DNA of 64,000 nucleotides, from IMG/VR virus record IMGVR_UViG_3300042569_001270, positions 17,340-81,339 of that record, one strand, 5' to 3'. Source of the stretch: a virus. Below the pieces are notes generated by a model. The model searched no databases and was not told the origin of the DNA. It saw nothing but the letters and a program-made list of their open reading frames with translations. The stretch's first letter is position 1. Every line of letters starts with the position of its first letter. A program made the translations under genes and the position numbers. Shown in pieces: positions 1 to 9,539 of this stretch.

Positions 1-3000
1 TTTCACGTTTTGCCAAAGATGACGATTGATCAGTACCCTGAGCAGCTCAGGACTTTCCTTGGTCCCAGCTTCCAGTACCGCAGCATCGCCACGCAGGACA
101 TCTCCACCCGAGGCGTGGACTACCCAGAGGCTCTTGCCACGCTAGAAGCCATCTTGGCGGGCAAGAAGCAGTTTGCTCCCAACGTGATCATCTCAAACTC
201 TTGGCTGGACGGTGGCCGGGAGTTGGAGGACTTGAAGCGTGCTGAGGGGTTGAACGTCTACGACAGCAAGACAAACCAGTTCATCCCAAACCCCGCACTT
301 TCTGAGCAGGAGTACGAGGACCGTCTGGACAAGCTGATTCCCCAGCTTCGCTTCGTGCAGCTTATTAAAGCTATTCAAGAGAAGTACGGCGCGGCGTTTA
401 TTATTGACGAAGCTCACTCACCGGGCGCGGGTCTTCGTAACGAGAAGAACATCGCCTACAAAGTTTTCCGTCACATGACGGAAGGTGCTGACCACGTTCT
501 GGGTATGACGGCAAACGCTGCGTCGAACGGTGTCAAAGACATCGTGACGATGATGGGAGCGATCAACCCAGAGGCTGTCACCGAAGACGTGCGCAGACTG
601 CAGGAGCAGTATGCCTCCGTTTCGATAGTCCCTAAGCTGGATGCTGACGGAAACCCGACTGGACAGCGGGTTCGTCAGTACAGCAACCTCGACAGCTTCA
701 TGCGCGGCTCAAAAGACTTGATGCCGTTCTTTTATCAAAAAGTAAAAAGCGATCCTGACGTGCGGGCGGAGCTTGAGTCTGCAGGCTTTACAGTCCCGCA
801 GATGCGCATCCGTCGGCGCAACCACCCAGTGAGTCCCCTTCTGTCACAGTACCTCTCGATGGCCGAGAACGGGCACGACGACTACGTTCGGCTTGAGAAG
901 GCTCGCATCCGTAACGAACGCAATATCAATCGTTATCGCAATTTTCTTGCAGGCCACAATCCTTATTACGCAGACAAGAACCTCTACCCAGACGAGGCTC
1001 TTTGGTCTCTTCGTACTGTGACTCGTGCGCAGAAGGACGACGATGGTAATTTTTATCGTGATCCCGTCACGGGTGAGTACGCACTCTACGAACAGCCTGT
1101 CGCACAGGACTACAAGTTCAAGCCTCCGCGTAAAGACGTTCCCCTTCGCTGGGACGATGTGAAGGACGACAACACCAAAGCTGCCTTGTACAAGTACAAT
1201 CTTGCTAAAAAGATTCGTCTTGACCCCGCTATGGTCTGGGGCAACGCCATGCCCGAGGCCCATCGTGGGGCCGCGTTTGGCAAGGTTGAAGCTGCTGTCG
1301 AGGCAGTGCTTGAGCACATGAACAGCCCCGTCACGAACGACGGCTGCATCATCTTGGCCGTCGAAAGCGTGCAGGCGATGAAGGTGATTCGCGACCGGCT
1401 TCGCGAGGAGGGCGTTGACAGCCCGCTGATCGCTGAGTTCCGTGGTGACGGAGACAGCACCGTCGTTGACAAGCGCTTGGCTTCAGACCGTGACGCTGCT
1501 GCTAAGCTTATTAACAAGAAGCAGATAAAAGTCGCGCTGATGTCCATCCGACTGGCCGTCGGTCTGAACCTTCAGCACGCCTCCAAGATGGTGATGATTG
1601 AAGAGCCGAGCACCGTGCACCACATGGATCAAACTTTGGGGCGCATCAGCCGCATCGGCGGTAACTCACTGGCAGAGATTGAAATCCTGAACCTGAACAC
1701 AGACGTGGACTTTAAGGCTCTCCGCAACCGTTATGAGAAAGCCTTGCAGGTCCTTCCGCTGTTCCAGCACGACGAGTTGCTGGCCACTTCCGACGCGCTA
1801 CCCGCCCTCATCAACCACATCGAGGCGGGGCTTGAGCGGCTGGGCCTGCCGACGGGTCCTGACTACCACGACGAGATGAAGCCGGTGGCCGACCGCGTAG
1901 CCCTTGCAGAGCAGCAGGACCGTCTCGGGCTGGGGGGTATCCCTCACGATCTTTCGCGCTTCAAACAGGTTATTAACGGTCCTGCCTCAAAGTTCTTGCG
2001 TATTCCTGCTTCAGCCACCGAGCAGGTCATCCGCTACGCTAAGAACGGCCTCAGCATGATTAACCAAAAAGCTGAAGCAAACGAAATTCTTTATCAAGAA
2101 AAAAAGCGCAGCAAGGACGACTACGAAAAGGTTAAAGAGGCTGTTGATCGCGACCGTGACTTGTTTATGATGACAACGTCTTTGTTTGGGCAGCAGAACA
2201 TCGTTGTACCGGGCAAGTACAGTGCCGTCGTTCCTCAGTACGCGAGCTTCGAGTCCACGAGCGACATCAACCCGTTTGCGGTTCTGGTTTCACAGGCCCA
2301 GACACCGGATGCTCGACTCAAGCGCAAGGTCGTCACGAGCTTGATTGATACGCCTAATTCTGTGATCTCAGACTCAGACGTTCCGGGCGGCAACGACATT
2401 TACATTCACTACTACGCGTGGGAGCTTATTCATAAGTACGGTCTGAAGTCTGTTGCGGAGCTTGTTGAAGGACACGAGCGACAGATCGCAGAAGCTATGG
2501 GGCTTTGGAACGACACCTATCGACTGACTCGGTATGTGAAGTACACCAACATGCTGCGAGACTGGGCGAAGCAGGGCTACATTCGCTGGACGGGTACTGA
2601 GCCTGCACAGCTGCCGTTGAAGACCCCAGAGCTTGGCGAGGTTCGTGGGATTCGGCCCGCAAGGCCTCCGCCTTACCTGACTGCGGAAGAGGCCCTCCTC
2701 CGCTTCATGCTGGCCACGTCCAAGGACCCAAACATGCTTGAGGCCATGCGGCAGTCGCCGGGCATCCAGCAGGAACTGAAGCACCTTGGACTTGAGCACA
2801 AGGACCCCGAGAAGACAGTGCTGACGCCGGGGGCCGCTGCTCACACCCCTACATTTGATCCTGTTTCTGTGTGGGACGGACGGCAGCACCTCACGGTGAC
2901 GCCTGCGGAGTTGGGTCAGTTCTGGAGCAACGTGAAGGCGTACCTCGATGGCGGAGGCTCAATCAGTAGCGTGGACGAGGCGCATCGTGCGTTGACGGGC

Positions 3001-3354
3001 AGCACTGGTCCTGTAGGGGAAAGTGCTCAAGCAACGCGCATTATTATGTACGAGTTCGAGAAGCGTGGACTGACTCGCTCGACGTACACGCCAAGCGTTC
3101 CTCAGATTCGCGTCTCTCGTATCGGCAAGCACAACCTTCCCAACTTTGAAGACCTTCCTGCAGAGGGCAAAGTTATTAAAGGCGACGACCTTGAACACTA
3201 CTGGGAGACGCTCTACAACTACTTGGACGCAGGCAACAGTCTGACGAGCCACGAAGGCCTCGCATCCGTTCTCGGGCTGAAACCAGAAGACCAATCACTG
3301 ACACGCCACATCATGGACGAGTTCATCCGCCAGCGACTCGTCGTGAGGAGCTAA
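1..3354 (+). CDS. C-terminal part of a giant SF2/SNF2-like helicase protein (DarB-like or polyvalent virion protein); probably starts before the window
   Basis: Motifs IIDEAH (II), GMTA (III), VGLNLQHAS (V), QTLGRISRIG (VI). No Walker A in the window and the frame is open from base 1. Duplicated helical domain at the C-terminus. Confidence 0.75.
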   Translation, partial: FHVLPKMTIDQYPEQLRTFLGPSFQYRSIATQDISTRGVDYPEALATLEAILAGKKQFAPNVIISNSWLDGGRELEDLKRAEGLNVYDSKTNQFIPNPALSEQEYEDRLDKLIPQLRFVQLIKAIQEKYGAAFIIDEAHSPGAGLRNEKNIAYKVFRHMTEGADHVLGMTANAASNGVKDIVTMMGAINPEAVTEDVRRLQEQYASVSIVPKLDADGNPTGQRVRQYSNLDSFMRGSKDLMPFFYQKVKSDPDVRAELESAGFTVPQMRIRRRNHPVSPLLSQYLSMAENGHDDYVRLEKARIRNERNINRYRNFLAGHNPYYADKNLYPDEALWSLRTVTRAQKDDDGNFYRDPVTGEYALYEQPVAQDYKFKPPRKDVPLRWDDVKDDNTKAALYKYNLAKKIRLDPAMVWGNAMPEAHRGAAFGKVEAAVEAVLEHMNSPVTNDGCIILAVESVQAMKVIRDRLREEGVDSPLIAEFRGDGDSTVVDKRLASDRDAAAKLINKKQIKVALMSIRLAVGLNLQHASKMVMIEEPSTVHHMDQTLGRISRIGGNSLAEIEILNLNTDVDFKALRNRYEKALQVLPLFQHDELLATSDALPALINHIEAGLERLGLPTGPDYHDEMKPVADRVALAEQQDRLGLGGIPHDLSRFKQVINGPASKFLRIPASATEQVIRYAKNGLSMINQKAEANEILYQEKKRSKDDYEKVKEAVDRDRDLFMMTTSLFGQQNIVVPGKYSAVVPQYASFESTSDINPFAVLVSQAQTPDARLKRKVVTSLIDTPNSVISDSDVPGGNDIYIHYYAWELIHKYGLKSVAELVEGHERQIAEAMGLWNDTYRLTRYVKYTNMLRDWAKQGYIRWTGTEPAQLPLKTPELGEVRGIRPARPPPYLTAEEALLRFMLATSKDPNMLEAMRQSPGIQQELKHLGLEHKDPEKTVLTPGAAAHTPTFDPVSVWDGRQHLTVTPAELGQFWSNVKAYLDGGGSISSVDEAHRALTGSTGPVGESAQATRIIMYEFEKRGLTRSTYTPSVPQIRVSRIGKHNLPNFEDLPAEGKVIKGDDLEHYWETLYNYLDAGNSLTSHEGLASVLGLKPEDQSLTRHIMDEFIRQRLVVRS

Positions 3355-3355
3355 C

Positions 3356-3766
3356 ATGGGCAAGGCCAAAGACCCGTCGATACTCAACGAGCCTGCCTAC
3401 GCTGTTGAGATCATACTTAAAGGAGAGAAACCATCTGTGCGGCTCCTCAGCGTAGAGAAGGTTCTTGGCGGACGTGTGCACGACAAGGAAAGCCTGCTGT
3501 ACGAACTGGTCAAGCGTCAGCACAACTCGCTGAACTTCCACCACTCGGACATCACGTCTCGACGGTGGCACCTTGAGTACGAACGACCTGCCCTCCGTTT
3601 TTATTGTAAACACTACGGGGTGCCGGTTCCGGGGTGGCTTGAAGGCTGCGGAGGCTACGAAGACTGCAGTGAGGAGACTTTCACGCGTCTGTTTGGTACT
3701 CGTCCCCTACACCCCGTCGAGTTCAAGACGTGGGGCGGTCTGTTTCCCGAGTTGAAGCCTCAATGA
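3356..3766 (+). CDS. hypothetical protein
   Basis: 136 aa ORF, GAGGAG RBS, starts 1 nt after the upstream stop. Confidence 0.7.
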   Translation: MGKAKDPSILNEPAYAVEIILKGEKPSVRLLSVEKVLGGRVHDKESLLYELVKRQHNSLNFHHSDITSRRWHLEYERPALRFYCKHYGVPVPGWLEGCGGYEDCSEETFTRLFGTRPLHPVEFKTWGGLFPELKPQ

Positions 3767-3797
3767 TCTTCCAGTACTTTCACGTTTGGAGCCACCC

Positions 3798-4667
3798 GTG
3801 ACCCAGTTTGCTGAGGGCGTAAAGTCTGGCGAGGTTCAGCTGGAGCACCCGACTGAACACGGGCGCAACGGCGCGAAGATCGTCACGTTCGTGAACGGCG
3901 CAAAGGCCGTGGTGAAGGAGCGCTTCTTCGGGGACAAGGTCTTTCGCGGTGTACCGAAGCGTTTTGATCACCTAAATGAGGTGGCGGCTTACCAGCTTGA
4001 CCAGCGGTTGTTCCGCTTCAACCTCGTGCCTGAGACGCTGCTCACCAAGCACAACGGCACCACTGCCAGCGCACAGGAGTTTCACAAGGGTGCCACCGCC
4101 CCGGACATCTCCCCCGGCGTGTTCAACTCCGACGACCCGAACTGGAAGTCCAAGATTGCCAAGTTTTTCTGTCAGGTTGATCCTGACCGTCTTGCTCAGG
4201 TGGTGGTGTTTGACCTCGTGCTCAACAACACCGACCGGCACGGACGCAACCTGCTCTTCACGAAGGGCAAGGATGGGCTGGTCAGCGGTGGCAGGGTCTG
4301 GGCCATCGACAACGGCGGTATCTTCGGTCAGGACTTGAAGTACTACCGGAACGTGTACCACAAGTATTTGTTTCGTAATAACTTTCCGTTTCACTCTTCT
4401 TTGTTTGATCTGCTTCACAGTTTCAAGCTGGAAGACTTTGAGGCCATCCTGAAGCCTCTGTACGGCGACAGCCGGTTCGCAGAGGACTGCATGGCTCGTA
4501 CTCGGTGGATTATTCGGCACCGACGTCACTTGGCCTTCAAGATCGTCTCAGAGGGTCACTTTGACAAAAACGACTTTCCTTCGCACAAGGAAGAACTGGA
4601 CGCGCTTCGCCACACTCGCGGCCTCGTAGCAGACGAAGGCGTCTTTGGAGCGTCAGATGCAGCTTGA
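3798..4667 (+). CDS. HipA/PI3-PI4-kinase-like protein kinase
   Basis: AVVK, NEVAAYQLD, LVPET, FDLVLNNTDRHGRN (catalytic loop), WAIDNG. GTG at 3798 follows GGAG. Confidence 0.8.
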   Translation: MTQFAEGVKSGEVQLEHPTEHGRNGAKIVTFVNGAKAVVKERFFGDKVFRGVPKRFDHLNEVAAYQLDQRLFRFNLVPETLLTKHNGTTASAQEFHKGATAPDISPGVFNSDDPNWKSKIAKFFCQVDPDRLAQVVVFDLVLNNTDRHGRNLLFTKGKDGLVSGGRVWAIDNGGIFGQDLKYYRNVYHKYLFRNNFPFHSSLFDLLHSFKLEDFEAILKPLYGDSRFAEDCMARTRWIIRHRRHLAFKIVSEGHFDKNDFPSHKEELDALRHTRGLVADEGVFGASDAA

Positions 4668-5484
4668 TGACATCGTCAAAGCAGATGGGTCCTTCACAGC
4701 TTGGCAGCCCGTGGATGGCACGCTGTTGAAGGCAGAGCCGAAAGGCTCTCCGTACCTCGCCAAGATTCAGGGCTACTGCTCCACGGAGAAGAAGGATCGT
4801 CAAGACGAGGTCCTGCTTCAGCGCGGCCTCGACTTCGACGACTTCGTCAGGTACGGCTTCTTCAACGATAACCACGCACAGGAGACCGGTGCGCAGGTGG
4901 GTGTTCCGCTGATGGCCGAGTACCACCCCGGACGAGGCTGGTACACGGAGGGCTACCTCCTGAAGTCTCCGAGATCAGAACGCATTTATGATCTTGCAAA
5001 AGCCTTGGTCGGTACCAACCGGAAGCTGGGCTTTTCGGTCGAGGGCAAGGTCGAGGGCCGCGAAGGCAAGACCATCGTTAAGGCAAAGATTCGTCACGTC
5101 GCAATCACCCACTGCCCTGTAAACCCTGAGTGCACATGGGAGATCGTGGCAAAGGCACTCAGCGCCGGAGGCACTGCCGGAGGTAGCGCCAACGGTGCTA
5201 CGATCTACAGCAACGGTGATACTGATCTCGAACGCGACAGCCCTCTTCCCGGCGAGGATGGCAAGCACCGTTGTCATCACAAAGGCTGTCGCACTGTTAA
5301 GAAGTCTCAGAAGGCCCTTGATCTTCACCTCAAGGAAGTGCATGGTCAGGCCCACGGCTTGAAAGTGAAACGTGACAGTGACATTGTGAAGGGCTACAGT
5401 CGGGAAGAGGCGCTAGAGTTTATCCGTCGAGTGCGACCAAACTGGCCCGAAGGATTGATTATTAACGCGTTGTCGAGGCGCTAA
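4657..5484 (+). CDS. prohead protease
   Basis: IQGYCST..DRQDE, FNDNH, LGFSVEG, VAITHCPVNPECTW. Lies upstream of scaffold and capsid genes. Confidence 0.85.
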   Translation: MQLDDIVKADGSFTAWQPVDGTLLKAEPKGSPYLAKIQGYCSTEKKDRQDEVLLQRGLDFDDFVRYGFFNDNHAQETGAQVGVPLMAEYHPGRGWYTEGYLLKSPRSERIYDLAKALVGTNRKLGFSVEGKVEGREGKTIVKAKIRHVAITHCPVNPECTWEIVAKALSAGGTAGGSANGATIYSNGDTDLERDSPLPGEDGKHRCHHKGCRTVKKSQKALDLHLKEVHGQAHGLKVKRDSDIVKGYSREEALEFIRRVRPNWPEGLIINALSRR

Positions 5485-5502
5485 CTCGACGAGGAGAAGC
5501 AG

Positions 5503-5793
5503 ATGGCTGATTTCGCTCGCTCTAAGCATGATCCGGTTCTTGCGTCTGGCACGGTTGTGACCAGCGCCTCGACCGGTTCGGTCCAGTTCGCCAGCCCCTT
5601 TCCGGGGCAGGACATCAGCGTGGGTCTGACCCAGAAGGGTGCTTCGGCCCCCGCTGACGCGCTCTCCTACGAACTCGACGCGTCCAAGTCGTTGATCACG
5701 GTCTACGCGTGGAAGTCCACTGCGGCGGACAACACTGCGCTGATCGCTGCCTCGACTGCCGTCACGGTGGACGTGCAGGTCATTCGGCAGTAA
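5503..5793 (+). CDS. small virion protein (possible head decoration)
   Basis: Strong GAGGAG RBS, beta-rich 96 aa, codon bias like the capsid gene. Confidence 0.55.
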   Translation: MADFARSKHDPVLASGTVVTSASTGSVQFASPFPGQDISVGLTQKGASAPADALSYELDASKSLITVYAWKSTAADNTALIAASTAVTVDVQVIRQ

Positions 5794-5831
5794 CAACACC
5801 CACGGGCCACGCCCAAGAAAGGATGTCTCAC

Positions 5832-6830
5832 ATGTCTGACGTGATTGATGATTTCTTCTCCGACGAGGAGCTTCTGAAGTCGATCTCAGAGCTTGACAAC
5901 GAACTGGTCAAGGGCGTGAAGGGCTACGGCGGCGACGACGACTCCGGTACGCCGGAAGGCGACAGCGAGTCTGATGACTCGTCGGACGAGTCGGACGAGT
6001 CGGACTCGTCGATGACTGCCGACGGCGACAGCGAGACTGCCTCGCCTCCCCCCTTCGCCAAGAAGTCGGTCAAGAAGGGCCTGCTCGGCGGCAAGGTCGT
6101 GAATCAGTCGAAGGACGGTCACGGTCCCGTTGACGAGGACGCCCCGAAGAACGAGATCACCCACGGTGGCCACAAGGGCAACAACATGGGCAAGGCGAGC
6201 CTGCCTGCCCAGAACGCTGCTCCGGGGATGGTCGCTCCGGGTTCCAAGAAGAAGGAACTCTTCCGCTCGCAGGACGAGGCTACCTCGGACGACGAGTCCT
6301 CGACCGGTCACGGCAAGGGCGGCCTCGCCAAGTCGTTCAGCGACGTGGCTTCGCCGGAAGCCGAGCGCACGCTCGACGTCACCCCGTTCCTCGCCGCGCA
6401 GGCTGAGACCCTCGACAGCATCGCGGAGGGGATCAATGCCCTCGCGAAGTCGCTCGACGGCTTCGGTCAGCAGGACGCCCTCGCGAAGTCGGTCGTTGAC
6501 CTTGGTCGCGGGATGATCGACACTCGCAACCAGATCAAGGAGCTGTTTGAGTCGATCAACGACATCCGCAAGGGTCTTCGCCTGCCGGTTCGTCAGGCCC
6601 CGAAGGCTTCGCTCTCGAAGAGCGTGAGCGCGGAGCAGGTCGAGCGGTTTGAGCAGAGCGCTCCGTCGCTCAGCAAGTCGCAGACGGCGGCCATCATCAG
6701 CGACCTCGTCATCAAGGGTGATGTTGATCCGATGGCGGTTTCGGCTTACGAGGCCACCGGCTGGATGGATCGGGCCACGGAGCAGGCGGTTCAGGCGGCA
6801 ATTTCGGCGCGGTTTGCGCGCAGGGCGTAA
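5832..6830 (+). CDS. capsid scaffold-like protein
   Basis: Acidic low-complexity N-terminus, repeated LxKS/LxKG motifs, coiled coil, directly before the major capsid gene. Confidence 0.7.
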   Translation: MSDVIDDFFSDEELLKSISELDNELVKGVKGYGGDDDSGTPEGDSESDDSSDESDESDSSMTADGDSETASPPPFAKKSVKKGLLGGKVVNQSKDGHGPVDEDAPKNEITHGGHKGNNMGKASLPAQNAAPGMVAPGSKKKELFRSQDEATSDDESSTGHGKGGLAKSFSDVASPEAERTLDVTPFLAAQAETLDSIAEGINALAKSLDGFGQQDALAKSVVDLGRGMIDTRNQIKELFESINDIRKGLRLPVRQAPKASLSKSVSAEQVERFEQSAPSLSKSQTAAIISDLVIKGDVDPMAVSAYEATGWMDRATEQAVQAAISARFARRA

Positions 6831-6889
6831 GGGTCAGAGGCAACTTTCACAAAGGTGGTCTCTGACCACCAGACAGACAGGAGAGATCG

Positions 6890-8386
6890 ATGGACAACAT
6901 GGTTTCGATGAATGACTACGCCGATCTGCTCGGCGGAGCCGTCGCTGGTGGCGCTGCCTCCCCGGAGCAGGTCGATCAGCTGAACAAGGCCCTCTCGGCT
7001 GGTACCGCCCGTGGCGGTAACGAAGGAAGCGCGAACGCTGGCGACGGCTCGTCGCTCCGCATGGAGTCCCTTGAGGAGACCCTCAAGGTGATCACCTACC
7101 GCGAGGAGATGATCAAGCTCTGGCGGCGAGTGAAGAAGAAGGCCGCGTACAACACGGTCGAGGAGTACAACCTTCTCAAGGAGTACGGCGGCGACGCTGG
7201 CGTGTTCACCCTTGAGGGTGAGCTTCCTGAGACGGTGGACTCCACGCTGGAGCGCAAGACCGCTCTGGTGAAGTTCCTCGGCGTCGTGGGCGAGGTCACC
7301 CACCCGATGATGCTCGTGCGTTCGGCGCACGGCAACGTCGTGGCGCTTGAGATTCAGAACAAGACGCGCCACCTCCTCCGCCAGATCGAGGTCTCGCTCT
7401 TCAACGGGCGTCAGGACAACGTCTCGGTCGAGTGGGACGGCTACTTCAAGCAGATTTTCGACGGCATTGGGATCACTGATCTCAACACCGGTCTGTACTC
7501 GGCCACCGACGTCATCGGTGGTGACTCGACCTACGGCAAGACGGTCGTGATCGACTGCCGTGGTGGCAAGATTGACGAGGAGAAGATCGAAGCCGCGTCG
7601 AACTTCGGTCTCCAGAACTACGGTCAGCTGAACACCCTGTGGCTCGCGCCGCAGGCCAAGTCGGACCTCGTGAAGGAGTTCTACCCCCGTCAGCGCGTTC
7701 AGCTGCCCCCGCCGGTCAACGGCAAGGTCGGCATGAGCGTCAGCGAGGTCGAGACCTCGGCTGGCCTGATCTCGCTTGAGGCCGACATCTTCCTCCGCTC
7801 GGGAGCGAAGCACGGCGTCAAGACGGCCCCGGTGGCGGCGACGTCGTCCAAGGCCCCGAACGCCCCGTCGAACGCGATCTGGGCGGCTGCCGCGACGAAC
7901 ACGAAGTCGATGTTCAAGGCGGCGGACGCTGGCCTCTACAACTACTCGGTCACGGCTGTGAACCGCTACGGCGAGTCGCTTCCGTTCTCGGTGGTGTCCT
8001 CGGTTGCGCACGAGGCCGGTAAGGCCGCTGTGCTCACGATCACGGACGGTGGCTACGGCTCGGGCGCTGCTGCCGCGACCTGCTACAAGATTTACCGGTC
8101 GGCAGTCGGCGGCGCGGGTGATCGCCAGCTGCTCACCACGGTGAAGCGCGATGCGGCCACGACGGCGTTCACGGACTACAACTGGTTCCTCCCCGGCACG
8201 TCGATGGCGTGGATGAGCGAGGAGGATGACGCGGAGCACCACAGCTTCCGTCAGCTCGCCCCGCTGATGCGCATCCCGCTCGCGACGGTTGCGGCCAGCA
8301 TGCGCTGGATGCAGCTGCTCTACGGCACGCCGCTGCTCTACAAGCCGCGCCAGAACGTGGTGTTCGTAAACGTGAAGGACAGCTAA
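6890..8386 (+). CDS. major capsid protein (SPO1/Twort-like)
   Basis: LNKAL...GSSLRMESLEETLK..., AYNTVEEY, LAPLMRIPLA, YGTPLLYKP; 498 aa; strongest codon bias; GGAG RBS. Confidence 0.9.
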   Translation: MDNMVSMNDYADLLGGAVAGGAASPEQVDQLNKALSAGTARGGNEGSANAGDGSSLRMESLEETLKVITYREEMIKLWRRVKKKAAYNTVEEYNLLKEYGGDAGVFTLEGELPETVDSTLERKTALVKFLGVVGEVTHPMMLVRSAHGNVVALEIQNKTRHLLRQIEVSLFNGRQDNVSVEWDGYFKQIFDGIGITDLNTGLYSATDVIGGDSTYGKTVVIDCRGGKIDEEKIEAASNFGLQNYGQLNTLWLAPQAKSDLVKEFYPRQRVQLPPPVNGKVGMSVSEVETSAGLISLEADIFLRSGAKHGVKTAPVAATSSKAPNAPSNAIWAAAATNTKSMFKAADAGLYNYSVTAVNRYGESLPFSVVSSVAHEAGKAAVLTITDGGYGSGAAAATCYKIYRSAVGGAGDRQLLTTVKRDAATTAFTDYNWFLPGTSMAWMSEEDDAEHHSFRQLAPLMRIPLATVAASMRWMQLLYGTPLLYKPRQNVVFVNVKDS

Positions 8387-8415
8387 GCCTCGGCTGCTGA
8401 TCCCTAATGCGAGCG

Positions 8416-8450
8416 GGCCGGTAGCTGGGAGACTGGCTACCGGCCTTCTC
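8416..8450 (+). terminator. stem-loop after major capsid gene
   Basis: GGCCGGTAGC/GCTACCGGCC stem with GAGA loop; weak U-tract. Confidence 0.6.
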
Positions 8451-8469
8451 GCTTGATAAGGAGTCTGAG

Positions 8470-8697
8470 ATGGGTGTGAAGATCAAGTTTGTGCCTCACG
8501 CGTTCTCTGGCAGTGTCGTCACCTCTGCCGGTGAAGTCGTCGTCGTGGACAACGAGGCCGAGGTGTCGTCGGAGCAGGCAGCTGCTCTCGTTGGCACGGG
8601 TCTCTGGGTGAAGGCGAACTCGACCGCTGGCCTCCCGAAGGTCAACGACCAGATCACCGACGCCGTGACGGCTGCACCGTCGAAGAAGAAGCAGTAA
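8470..8697 (+). CDS. hypothetical virion protein
   Basis: AAGGAG RBS, 75 aa, between capsid and neck genes. Confidence 0.65.
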   Translation: MGVKIKFVPHAFSGSVVTSAGEVVVVDNEAEVSSEQAAALVGTGLWVKANSTAGLPKVNDQITDAVTAAPSKKKQ

Positions 8698-8718
8698 GCT
8701 CGTCGCGAGGAGAGGCCA

Positions 8719-9531
8719 ATGGCGATCCATTCTCTGTTCGGTAAGCTCAGCGATCTCACGCCCGCCTACGTCAAGGGGCGGTACCTTATTGATCTCGCTG
8801 ATAGGCTTGTCCTGCAGGATGGGTCGCCTTGGCCCGACCTTGCTTACGATCACGCCATCGAGACGGCCATCGTGCGGTTTCAGGAGGCGACACAGGTCAA
8901 CATCCTGTCGACTCCCATTGAGCGTGATCCCTACGATTTTGATCTTCGCGACTACAACAACTTCGCGTACTTCAGCCTCAATCAGCGACCCGTAAAGCAT
9001 CTCACCAAGTTCGAGGTGAAATGGCCCTCGTCCGACATCTACACGGAATGGCCTCTGGCGTGGGTGAAGCTGCAGCCCATGAGCGGGCAGCTTCGCCTCG
9101 TGCCCACGGGCGGTACCATCGCGCAGGTGCTGCTTGGGCAGGGATCGCAGTATCTCCCGCTTCTGGCGGGCAACTACTCGCTGGTCCCTCAGCTGTTCTA
9201 CATCAGCTACGTTCCCGGCTTCCCCAACGACGACATTCCGAAGACGATCCTCGACTGCATCTGCAAGATGGCGGTCATCGAGCTTCTGACGGTCGCCAGC
9301 GACACGATCTACAAGCCCGGCGTGACGAGCTACAGCATCGGTAAGGACGGCGTCACTGAGAGCATCGGTATTATGAATAACGGTCGCCTGCCCGCAGTCT
9401 TCGGCAGCCGGATCGGGTTCTACATGCGCCAGTTGTATGGGAACGTCGATTCGTCGATGTGGGACGGCAACGGCGGCGACCTCGGGCACATCAGGAAGAC
9501 GTACCGCACGATGTCGATGTCCGTGGCGTAG
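8719..9531 (+). CDS. head-tail adaptor (neck protein 1)
   Basis: Gene order; ISYVPGF and SYSIGKDGVTESI as in myophage adaptors. Confidence 0.7.
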   Translation: MAIHSLFGKLSDLTPAYVKGRYLIDLADRLVLQDGSPWPDLAYDHAIETAIVRFQEATQVNILSTPIERDPYDFDLRDYNNFAYFSLNQRPVKHLTKFEVKWPSSDIYTEWPLAWVKLQPMSGQLRLVPTGGTIAQVLLGQGSQYLPLLAGNYSLVPQLFYISYVPGFPNDDIPKTILDCICKMAVIELLTVASDTIYKPGVTSYSIGKDGVTESIGIMNNGRLPAVFGSRIGFYMRQLYGNVDSSMWDGNGGDLGHIRKTYRTMSMSVA

Positions 9532-9539
9532 GAGGCAGC

